NCBI GenBank assembly: GCA_030704615.1 | Contig: JAKLZA010000243.1 | Location: 1 to 21,000, forward strand | Reading direction: 5' to 3' | Source: Takakia lepidozioides | Taxonomy: Eukaryota > Plantae > Bryophyta | DNA length: 21,000 bases | Shown: in pieces, positions 1 to 9,800 of the stretch | Layout: each line of letters starts with the position of its first letter | Position numbering within the stretch: position 1 is the first letter of the stretch | Translations under genes and position numbers: made by a program | The notes under the pieces: generated by a model | Told to the model about the DNA's origin: nothing | Databases searched by the model: none | Seen by the model: only the letters and a program-made list of their open reading frames with translations

Positions 1-153
1 TCCGTTACCATATAACCATATGGCAAACAAGTCTGGAAAGCTGTTCTTGGTGTGAGTTTGATCCACAAAATATCATTTGGAATCCAATTCTTTACCAGTA
101 CAAGCTCCTCATGCATATGAGTATAAACATTCACTTTTCTTTCTCCCCAGCCT

Positions 154-2559
154 TCAAAACTCTACTCGCTTAATGGATAGCAATGCTATCACATAAACCA
201 ACGTTGGTAACCAACGTGCTCTTCCTCTACAGGCTACCTGATAAATCTTTATCACTCCTTTCTCCAGACCCCATTCCGGATCAGCATCATGCACTCGCTT
301 AAGAATATTTTCTTTACAACCGTCTGGCAATTCCAAGAACCTTTGAAAGAATTGTTTGGACAATCTTTCTTCCTTCGTTCCACAGGGAATTTGATTCACT
401 TCAAATTCTTTAATGGTCCAACCACCATGATCCCACCAGATGCCTGTCACATCTGGTTGTTCATTACTCAGTTCCCCAGTATGGTCGCCAAATGTCGCGC
501 GACACTGTCCATCTTTTCCGCCGGCCAGAGCAAATCCAATTTGTGACAATGCCTTCTTCCTCTTCTTGTAGTTCATGCCAGGCAGGTCCTCATCTCCTTC
601 CAACTCTTTGATCTCGGATATGCCCACATCTGGTCCGACCAATGCAAAGGAACAAACCCTTCTTTTGATGTCAATTTGCGTTGAATCGGGCAACTGGGCA
701 GATATGGTCTCTTGAGTTGGATACTTGAAAGCCTCGGGGAATTGAATCTGGGTTGAATCTGGTCCTAGATCTACATTCCACACAAACCAGCGTTTCCCAA
801 TTTTGTTGTTGCTCCCTGGCTCCTTGTTTTGAATCTCAGTTGCCAATTGTGCTCCCTTCGACACTCGCACCTTTTGTACTGCCTCATTTCCTGCATGCAG
901 GTTTTTCTCAACAACAGGCTGCAATTTCATTTGCATTGTTGGTGACAAGTCATGGGCAACCATCTGGTCACCATGCCTTCCTTCTCCGCTTTCAACCAAC
1001 TTGCCCTCTTTAAGAGATTCAGGGCTGGTGTATGCCTTGCAAATAGAAGTGATCGTGACATGGGCAGGCTTCATAGCCTCCCACATCAACTGCCCATCCA
1101 TCTCCTGAATTTCACAACCATGCTAGGCATATCCTGAAATCATTGCACTCCATGAGAGCAGATTGGGTGGCATACCTTCCTGCTCCTTTTGTTCAAACAG
1201 TTGCAAGGCCTGTCCTTCAGAGCCATGTTGGGCATAACCTGCAATCATTACTCTCCATGACCCCACTTTTCTATGAGACATATTGTCAAACACTTGTTGT
1301 GCACCCTTCATGCTCCCACGTTTGGTATACTTGTCAACAATGGCAGTCTCCATAATGATAGCTGGTGCAATACCAGATTTGATAATGTCAGCATGGACCT
1401 CTGTGCCTTTTACCAGGTCTGCCAAGTTCGCACATGCATTCAATACACACATGAACGTCTCCTGGTTGGGCTTCTCCCCTTCATTTCCAGCATCTGTAGA
1501 AAGCTCATTGCCTCTCTGAATTGCCTCTGCTGGCATAGCCCTAACCCCTTCAGTTTCAATGTCAAGGCACTCTTCAAGGCCATTAGCACCCGTGTGATGC
1601 CAATGATCTAGGTATGTTTGGGGATGATGGCACTCAGCCCGCATCATTGCTTTATCTCCGCTCTTGACTTTAGTGACAAAGTGTAATGACCTTCTTGGCC
1701 TTCCCCTTGCCATGAATGCTTTGTCCAACAATGCTACAGTGACCTGCATTTCTGGTTTCTGAGGTCTCGTCCTTGAACCTCCCTCCTCCAAGCCCAGGCT
1801 CCAACTATGAGTACTTCCAGCCTGCACATCACTCTGAACAACAAGGTCTCCTGAAACAATACTCACCTTCATCTCTCCTTCATACAGCACCACCGAGTCA
1901 CCCTCTTCACGACCTTCCCCACTTCTTTCCTCCAATAAACTGTCACTTGGTGGAGCGGCTGTTCCAGAGCTGCTCTGCTCTTGCTTTTTCAGCTCCATAG
2001 GCTGCAGATTACTCTCTACAAAGACATGACTTGTCCTGAGCTGCCTCCCACACAAGACATGCAGCTCCTTCTCTTCAATCCTTGAGCTTGCATTGAGCAT
2101 TCTCAGATCTCCTAGCTTCCCCGGGTCCCATGCCCTTTGCTGGTCACAGTTCATTGGCTGACCTCTGAACGTTATCAGGTCAACCATGGTCTTCTTAGCA
2201 GAAAGGCCAACCTTCTCTTTCTCTTCCCTATGCATCCTCTCCATCCCAAGATGCATCTCTCTAAGAGAGTTAAACTTTGATGCTAGTTTCCCCATATTCC
2301 AGATCAAGAATGAACACAACAAGAGTGTTGAACCGTGAGAAGATTTCAAACCTTTCTCGTGAACGGTACTCAAATCTCCCATCTTTTGCTCCGTGGGTGG
2401 GAATTCAAGTATCCTTGCATCAACATCTACAGTTTCAAGAGCTAGAGAGACACTCTGGCTTTTGGCACGAACTGGTGATTTCAGCGGACTCACATCTGAT
2501 CCCAAGTTGTCATGCAAGTTGATGTCTCTTGTGCTCTCAACCATCATCCTTCTGAACAT
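154..2559 (-). pseudogene. Interrupted mosaic reading frame of the LTR element: unknown region + PPR fragment + degenerate pol-like remnants
   Basis: ORFs 2559-1123 and 1101-154 share one frame, separated by a single TAG (1125-1123) in GYA*HG. The distal part (ILKRVHDA...RWLPTL; QLPDST) loosely resembles the gypsy RNaseH-integrase linker and Zn-finger region (weak). Confidence 0.55.
1000..1480 (-). pseudogene. Captured PLS-class pentatricopeptide-repeat (PPR) gene fragment
   Basis: KPNQETFMCVLNACANLADLVKGTEVHADIIKSG (L motif); ETAIVDKYTKRGSMKGAQQVFDNM (S motif); VGSWRVMIAGYAQHGSEGQALQLFEQKEQEG (P motif); then SWSAMISGYA*HG and KPAHVTITSICKA. Confidence 0.9.
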
Positions 2560-2602
2560 ACTATCCTCCTTTTCCCTTTCCTCCTTCCCTTATTTATTTA
2601 TT

Positions 2603-4630
2603 TTAATAATTCTGTAGACAACTTGTGAACCGAAGTATGTTGTGGTTGATGAATGACTTCGTTGTGCCTTGCCTCCATTTTTGACACCATTTGTTCTTTG
2701 TTTTCGGCAGATCTGTTCCTCGCCGAATCACCTCATTGTTATGCATCTCCTTTTTGTGAATCTCCTCTTCAGGATGCAAGCCTTCGCATGTCCACACTCT
2801 TGGCTTCCCCACTTGGTTCTCTGCCCCTTCGTATGCCCTAATGACTTCTCCACTCTTTTCATCATCACATACAAGCTTAGGTGTCATCATGTCTCGATCC
2901 TTCAGGCTATCCCCTCTCCTTATCACCATCTTTGGGGCCTCTCCATCGTATGAATGCTTCCACACCTGATACTCCATGTTCCCTTCATCTCCCCCAGCAT
3001 TTGTCAATGCTTTAACATCCAAAGAAGTTTCAATTTCCTCTTCCTTGTCCTGAACTAGTGTATCTGGTACCCCCATGAACATGTCATTGACTGATGATGT
3101 GCGTATCTCCAAGAGCAGGTGGAGCCATTGCAGCTCGGTCTGAAGATGCTTGTTATCACTACGGAGCTCATCCCAGTACTCTTCTTTGGCCTTGCTCAGT
3201 TCTTGATTGGATTTCTCGAGTGCCAACCGTAACTGTTGAACTTCCATGACCAAGTCCTCTACCTGGTTTTTAGTCTCTCTCTGTAGTGCTAGGGCAGCCA
3301 CAACGCTATCTCGTGCATCCTTTACCTTTGATTTCTCCTCCTGTGCAGCCGCAAGTTTGGTGTGCAGCCCTCTTAATTCTCTTCCTGTATCCAGCGATGC
3401 TTCTCCGTTCTCCAACTGTATATGAGTTGAGCTACTTTGTGGCCCACTGTTGCCCCCGTCATCATGTTGTAACTTACCTTTGTGAGAACCTCTTGATATC
3501 TGAGCCATGTTGTACTCTTCATTCCCCAACACGCTCAGTCCTCCCTTAGAGACACCAATCCTTGGTGATATGGCAACATCATGCGCAAACTCTCCAAGCA
3601 GGTCCTGATCTAGGTGTACATCCTTCTCTAGATCCATTCTAGTTTGAGCAAGCATCGTACATTCTTCCTCAACCCATTCCATCAGGTCTGTCCAAGACTC
3701 GTTGTCATCTTCCTCTACCATGACACTCACTTCACCGGTTGCACCACTATTGCTTGGGGAGTTGGTGGTATCATGCCCAAACTCCCCAGGTATGTCTTGC
3801 CCTACATGTGCCCTTGTATAAGACCTTGGGAACTGCACAGGAACTTGCAATCTAGGTGTACACTCTTCAGTGACACCTGATTGATCCTCTGTTGAACAAA
3901 AGATGTCTTCCATGATCTCTCCTTCCTCATCACAAAACACATTCACAACGTTTGTGCCAAGAGAGCTTACACATTCGCACTCCATCCTTCTGCTGCTCTT
4001 CAATTCCCATTGTTCAAACATTCCACAGCATGAATCTTGCATTCCACATGTTCCCACTTGCAGCCCCAGCCGGTGATTCTTTCCACTTCGGATCTGATTC
4101 TGTCTTGATGGACATGCAGTGCAACACTCTACTTGCTGCCTTGTGCTGTTCAAGCTGAGAACTCGAGGAAGCATTGCATGGACTTCGCTGATTTGGTTCT
4201 TCTCCCTGAAGCACCTCCGTGACATGGTTTTGTGATCTGGTATAGGTTCATGATCAATAGAACTCACAGGTGTGAACCTGTTGTGAGTATCCTTCTCAAT
4301 CAGAGACAATTTCTCTTCCATTCCTGTAGCAGACTCTTCCACATTTGTATCTATCCCATCAAACTTCCTTGCTAACATCACTTTACTCTTACTTGATTGA
4401 CCTTCTCCTCCAAATTTCAAGATTATGGCTACTTGAAAATCATGCCAGTTCATGGGCCTTGGTTTTTGCATACGATGCCAGGTGTCAGCCCGTGCCTTGA
4501 GATTCAGCCTTGCCGATATAAATAACTTGTGCTCATCAAAGCTCCGGCTCTCACCATCCCTTTTCAGATTCTGGATCCAGCTGCAAACATCCTCATCCTT
4601 CTTTCCGTAAAATGAAATGTTAGTCACCAT
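2603..4630 (-). CDS. gag: Retrotransposon gag-like protein with a long acidic/coiled-coil extension (probably decayed at the 3' end)
   Basis: N-terminus FYGKKDEDVCSWI...ARLNLKARADTWH...NWHDFQVAIILKF fits the retrotransposon gag pattern (F.G..D...W; L.G.A..W; W..F...F...F). It follows the PBS directly. Confidence 0.7.
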   Translation of the reverse strand: MVTNISFYGKKDEDVCSWIQNLKRDGESRSFDEHKLFISARLNLKARADTWHRMQKPRPMNWHDFQVAIILKFGGEGQSSKSKVMLARKFDGIDTNVEESATGMEEKLSLIEKDTHNRFTPVSSIDHEPIPDHKTMSRRCFREKNQISEVHAMLPRVLSLNSTRQQVECCTACPSRQNQIRSGKNHRLGLQVGTCGMQDSCCGMFEQWELKSSRRMECECVSSLGTNVVNVFCDEEGEIMEDIFCSTEDQSGVTEECTPRLQVPVQFPRSYTRAHVGQDIPGEFGHDTTNSPSNSGATGEVSVMVEEDDNESWTDLMEWVEEECTMLAQTRMDLEKDVHLDQDLLGEFAHDVAISPRIGVSKGGLSVLGNEEYNMAQISRGSHKGKLQHDDGGNSGPQSSSTHIQLENGEASLDTGRELRGLHTKLAAAQEEKSKVKDARDSVVAALALQRETKNQVEDLVMEVQQLRLALEKSNQELSKAKEEYWDELRSDNKHLQTELQWLHLLLEIRTSSVNDMFMGVPDTLVQDKEEEIETSLDVKALTNAGGDEGNMEYQVWKHSYDGEAPKMVIRRGDSLKDRDMMTPKLVCDDEKSGEVIRAYEGAENQVGKPRVWTCEGLHPEEEIHKKEMHNNEVIRRGTDLPKTKNKWCQKWRQGTTKSFINHNILRFTSCLQNY

Positions 4631-4697
4631 TGCTCGTAAATCACTCCCCTACATTGCTATACTGAAAACCTATATCTCTCGGATAAGATCCAGCGAA

Positions 4698-4709
4698 GCT
4701 CTGATACCA
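4698..4709 (-). promoter_or_regulatory. Primer-binding site complementary to the 3' end of initiator tRNA-Met (TGGTATCAGAGC)
   Basis: Plus strand gctctgatacca is the reverse complement of the canonical plant LTR-retrotransposon PBS; it lies ~70 nt upstream of the gag ATG. Confidence 0.9.
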
Positions 4710-4933
4710 AAAGAAGGGGCGTGAATCCCCTTCTGGGTGATTCCCATCTGTACTCCTCCCCAGTTGAAGTTAAAGCAAAGGAAGGAGCGCTCTAGTGATC
4801 CAACCATCTTCACATGGCTGTGGGTTTCCCTTAGTTCGTTCATGATCAGAGTTCATGCAATCCTCATCCACGCCGCAGCGGAAGAGAAGACATGGATGGG
4901 GAGTTTTTGGATTGTTCTTGCTCTTGATTCTAC

Positions 4934-4940
4934 TTTTATA
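4934..4940 (-). promoter_or_regulatory. Candidate LTR TATA box (TATAAAA)
   Basis: Minus-strand GTATAAAAG about 225 nt upstream of the PBS; position is plausible but not tested. Confidence 0.35.
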
Positions 4941-5392
4941 CAACAGCCTTGCCCTATGATCACAGCGCCACCAGTGCTGCCATGATCTTTTCTGTGATGC
5001 AACCAGCCCTATGACAGCGCTGAACACGACCCTTAATGTGAAGCTCCCTTGAGCAGTGACACGTCGGAAGCCCCCTTTGTAATGGTAACACAGATTTAGA
5101 GGGAGGTAGCTCAGATCTGCCATGAACTGCAGGGCCACTGGTCTCTTTCAGGGTTCATGTTTTCTTCATCTCATCTCCCCAAATTGGCCATCCCCCATCA
5201 ACCCCTTTTACTGAGCAGCTCTCTCCCTTCCCAAATCCTTTTCTCTCTCTCTCTAATCTTGGTCTACAGGTTCCTCACTTCTTCAACAGCAGCATATCTA
5301 CTATGCAATGCAATGCACAACTCAGCCAGGCATCCAGTGCACCCAGCCTTGAAATCATCCTCGGTCACACAAGGCATAACCATCCCATTCAT

Positions 5393-5395
<3 letters not shown>

Positions 5396-5451
<56 letters not shown>
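5396..5451. repeat. (TC)28 / (GA)n microsatellite inside the putative LTR
   Basis: Perfect dinucleotide run read directly from the sequence. Confidence 0.97.
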
Positions 5452-5453
<2 letters not shown>

Positions 5454-5606
5454 GCCAATGTCCAACCCTTCACACTACCTTTTTCCAAAAGAAGCCATTG
5501 CCCAAACAGCTCTCAGCCTTTCTACAAGTTTCAACCAAATACCCCAACAGCCCTCTTTTCCCTTCAACTGTGAACCTCAGTTGTTCATACCCTGAGACCA
5601 TACTGG

Positions 5607-5648
5607 AAATCAGTTCCAAAACCAAATCAGTTCCAAAACCAAATCAGT
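5607..5648 (+). repeat. 17-bp tandem duplication AAATCAGTTCCAAAACC, ~2.5 copies
   Basis: Copies at 5607-5623 and 5624-5640, partial at 5641-5648. Confidence 0.9.
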
Positions 5649-6668
5649 GTCGGTATTGCTTCCCCATCCACATTATCCTTTCTCTGTTTTCAACAGTTCT
5701 AACTAACCCTTACTGGTGTTTTCAATCAGCCAAGCTAGGTCTACATTGGTTCCAGTGTATCAATACCCAGGGCAGCATTGTGTGCAGGTTTATAACACTG
5801 AAACAAAGAACAAGAATGAAGACAAACAGTGACCATTCTGATTCAGTGACAAGCAATCTCTCCCCCCACTCATTTCTCCTACTGACACTATAACATCAGG
5901 TGCATCCATCCTTTCCCTATCCTGGTTTGAAGTCCAGAGTCTCCATTCCATTTCCAAAACCTTTTTCCTCTATCACATGTCTCTACCTCCTTCTCCTCTA
6001 CCAAGAGTCAGTCCTAAATCCACACCAAAACGATTTCTAAGTCACTACCCCCCAAAAACCAAAGCCCACAGTCTACGAACTTATCTGTTTTATCCTCCAA
6101 CGAAGCGGTGGATCTGCCTGCCAAGATGGCACCTCACCATCGCCTGTCAGCAGCCACTTCAACCTATTCTCCTTGTCTTGATTCCAGTATTTATCATGCC
6201 ATGATGGCTCCTCTTCATCCTATGGAACATCCTGTGGCTTGCCAACTAAATACTCTATCCTTCTATGCGTGCAATTCTTCCCTAAGAATTGACATGGTCC
6301 TATAGTAAGATGACACAAAAGCAGCTATAAGCTTTGATTACAGATAACCTGAGTTGCCATCCAGCCAGCACTTCACATGCCTCATCCCCTCCATTGATTG
6401 TGCCCACAACTCACTGACTTGTGCTTCCGGCAGCTGGTCGTTTTCCTTGCTTGCTCATCTGCCCATAACTGTTTTCTTCAAGGCAATGGCGACAGCGGTG
6501 GTGCGCCGCTCTTCTTACATGCTCCTACTCCAGGAATTGATCATCACTACGAGAGAAGCGGCACCGCTTTCCCTTACACAGAATACCAAGCAGAAGCACT
6601 TAATGCCGCTCTCAAAACCAAGCAGAGTCCCATAGCGTAGGTACAACCTCCCACAAACAGACGGCCCT

Positions 6669-6729
6669 GGGGGGCTGCTATTTCATGAGCGGCATGAGCA
6701 TGAGCGGAAAAAAAAAAAACATGAGCAGA
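6669..6729 (+). repeat. Left terminal inverted repeat with reiterated CATGAGC(GG) motifs
   Basis: ggggggctgctatttcatgagcggcatgagcatgagcgg-(A)n-catgagcaga. Confidence 0.8.
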
Positions 6730-6890
6730 CCATTGTGAGTCCACGGAAATAGGGTTAGGAGGCACGGAAATAGGGTCATGTGAAGTTGGAATGTGGCACC
6801 AGTGGACTTGAAATGCAACATTTTATTGCAAATTTTGTGGCAAGCCACGTCTATACAAGTGTGTTCTAACTGTCATAGCCGGAATGGGCA

Positions 6891-9800
6891 CTACTCTCCT
6901 ACACCCTCCAAGGAACTTGCCCCACCTTCTTCCTCATCCCCCTCATCCCCCTCATCCTCCGAGCTCTGTGATGCATCAGTTCCACTATGCCTCTCAAAAA
7001 TCCCGTCCTCTCCTTGGGGGACTGTCCACCTCACCTCCTGGGAATCTTCTGCGTCTTCTCCCCCACTTTCCTCAGCAGAATCCAACACAAATCTACGAGC
7101 CCGACGGGCTCTAATAGCTGCTGCCTCCTCCCTCATCTTCATTTTCTTGAGGCTTGCCTCGTCTAAAATCTGCTGTACACGACTACGTTCGGAACACCTC
7201 CTAATGGACACCGAAGCAAGCCGGGCAGCATAAGTAGGAAGGATGTACTCCCTTTCTGGACTAGGCATGAAATCCCCCCTGGCAAAAAAAGGCACGTTCC
7301 TCCTGCCCATGAACTCCGGTGTAGACGTCCCTCCGGCAGTACTTGGCATCCTACAGTAAGAACAAATCCACTTGAAGAATGTCAATACCAGCACAACCAG
7401 AAAGGGTTTTCAATGAAATAAGAGAGCGGAGGGAGGTGCCTCACAAAATCTGGAGGCAACTTACAATGCCACCACTCACTCGTAAACCGGGGGCTCCTCG
7501 GCCTCGATCCCAACTTCCTCCCCCTGCTCCTTCTCGGATTTTTCCTCATCCTCCGAGGATGCCTCTTCCTCTTTCGGCAGACGTTCAGCCGCTGCAAGTT
7601 CCGAGTTGTGGAGGGCAGTATCTGGCTCGAAGGCAAACACATGCCTGTCGGACAACGTCCCTGCCCACATTGAAGCACCTGAGGAACAAATCGGGCGGTT
7701 AATAGCTTGCGGCATGCAATTGCAATGGGGCCAGGGGACAAACTGAGCACGTGAAGGCTTACCCGTGCCGCATGTGAGGTCCAGAATCCGCCCTTGGACA
7801 TCCGAGCACGTCTCCATGAGGGTTTGGATGAAAGCAGGGCTCCGGGTCCGGCTGTACCGCCACGGTTTGCCTGTCTTTGTGTCCTTCGGCATACTAGAGT
7901 GGGGCACATAGTTGTAGAGGACATCGTAGGTTACATGGTCCACAGCGGCATCAACAAGACGACCGTCGTTGCGGAATTTGAACGTAGATCCTCTCTTCAC
8001 AAAGCAATATGCCTCAAACACCAATGTCTGCACATCCAACAAAGAAGGGATCAATTCCAGGGTCTACTTAACATACACCACAATATGAAGTGAATGCAAT
8101 AGATTGATAACTTACACTTTGGCCCTCTGTTCGCAACCCCTGCGTACTGATGCAGAACCATTTTCTGAGGAGGACCGGGGTGACACTTTTCGGTGTCCAC
8201 CTTGCCACCGCATTCTCTGTGGTCTTCCCTCTCGTGGCAAGGACAACCACACATCCACCGTCATCCAGAAGCATCCCCGCCAGCCCAAACCCGGCTTTCC
8301 AGTAGTCCTCAGTAAACCTGTTCCAGGTGGGCACACCATCCAGGCCCTCCAGCAGCTCCCCATCTGGAATGTCGAGGAGAATCATGTCGCAAGCTCTCTC
8401 CATCTCAACCCCCCCCCGAGTGCTCTTGCAATTCGTGCTCACAGCCGTGAAGAATTCCATCATGGCTTCAAAACCAGGGGTGTCTTTAGGCTCTGTACCG
8501 GCAGCCCTCTTCTTGGCTTTCCCCTTCTGCTCCGCCAGAGACTTGTTGTGTGCCACCTTCTTTGCCCTGGCAGCGAGAGCGTCAAGGAAGCTCTCATTGA
8601 CGCATTGGATGATGGTTGGAGGTTCTAGCTTTGGCCTGTGCGTAAACGTCACCGCCGAATACCGCCGTGTAGGCTCGCCCTCAAATGCCAACTTCTTGGC
8701 AGAGCCAGTCCCACTCCGAACTGACTTGGGAACCCAAACGACCGGTGACTGGGTAGGAGCAACAGCAGTCGCAGGACCTTGAACAAAATCGGCGTCGGAG
8801 TCACTCTCTTGGGTGCCTCGATGGTTTTCTTCTTTTTGGGTGTTACTGCAGTCACCTGTTTCCTTGTCCTTTTCCTTTGACCTTTACTCTTCTCATGCAA
8901 TTTCTCCTGAATTCCTGCCTGAGCAAGCTCTGCCGCTTTCCTGGAGTTCGCAAGCGCTTTTGCCTCTTTTGCACCCAACGGAGGCAGCGGAGCCCGGTTT
9001 CGTCGGAATTCAGCATCCAGCTTCAATTGAAACTCGGATGGGTCGAGCGAGCCGGGCGGAAGGTCCACATACCAAGGGCAATCACGCAAATGTTCCAGAT
9101 GCCACTCCTTCACAATATCGTCAGTGTACATGGAGTCAGCCCCAGGGTTCCTCCATGCCAGGAAGAATGGTGGCTCGAAAGACAGATGACCTTTCTCCAA
9201 AAGGGAGAACTTACAGTACCTGCATTCATGAAAAACACAATGAGGTCCGAAAATGGCTAAGTCCCTGAACGGCAATAGGGCCTACAACTGGAATATGGCG
9301 CCGAATTTCCACTTCAGGGCCACCCAGTCTAGGGACTTAGCCCGAAAATGGCTAAGTCCCGAACGGCAATACGGCCTGGAACTGGAAAATGGCGCCGAAT
9401 TTCCAGTTCAGAGCCAGCCAGTCTAGGGACTTAGCCCGAAAATGGCTAAGTCCCTGGACGGCAATAGGGCCTAGAACTGGAAAACGGCGCCGAATTTCCA
9501 GTTCCGGGCCAGCCACCCTAGGGACTTAGCCCGAAAATGGCTAAGTCCCTGGACGGCAATAGGGCCTAGAACTGGAAAACGGCGCCGAATTTCCAGTTCC
9601 GGGCCAGCCACCCTAGGGACTTAGACCGAAAATGGCTAAGTCCCTGACGGCAATAGGGCCTGGAACTGGAATATGGCGCCGAATTTCCACTTCAGGGCCA
9701 GCCAGTCTAGGGACTTAGCCCGAAAATGGCTAAGTCCCTGAACGGCAATACGGCCTGGAACTGGAAAAGGGCGCCGAATTTCCAGTTCAGGGCCAGCCAG

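Larger units (their letters stand above)
1..5895 (-). mobile_element. Degenerate, probably non-autonomous LTR retrotransposon (Ty3/gypsy-like); 5' LTR plus internal region, running off the left edge of the window
   Basis: Minus-strand order: candidate LTR start TGTTATAG at 5895, TATA-like motif, tRNA-Met PBS (4709-4698), gag-like ATG at 4630, then broken ORFs. No intact RT (YxDD) or integrase DDE core seen. Confidence 0.75.
4712..5895 (-). repeat. Probable 5' LTR (~1.18 kb)
   Basis: Lies directly upstream of the PBS, begins TG on the minus strand at 5895, and contains TATAAAA and a (GA)n tract. The partner LTR is not in the window, so boundaries are inferred. Confidence 0.5.

Noticed and set aside
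5157-5893. ORFs containing SLSLSL runs
   Set aside because: Artefact of the (TC)n microsatellite within the LTR.
6354-6635. Peptide YMLLLQEL resembling the gypsy RNaseH motif RWxLLLQEF
   Set aside because: Isolated short match with no flanking RNaseH motifs; 5896-6668 is left unannotated.
6659-6668. Possible TSD agacggccct / tgtcacccct
   Set aside because: Only 6/10 identity, too low given how intact the element otherwise is.
6742-6776. 14-bp direct repeat CACGGAAATAGGGT x2 near the left end
   Set aside because: Real, but it has no counterpart at the right end and no supportable function.
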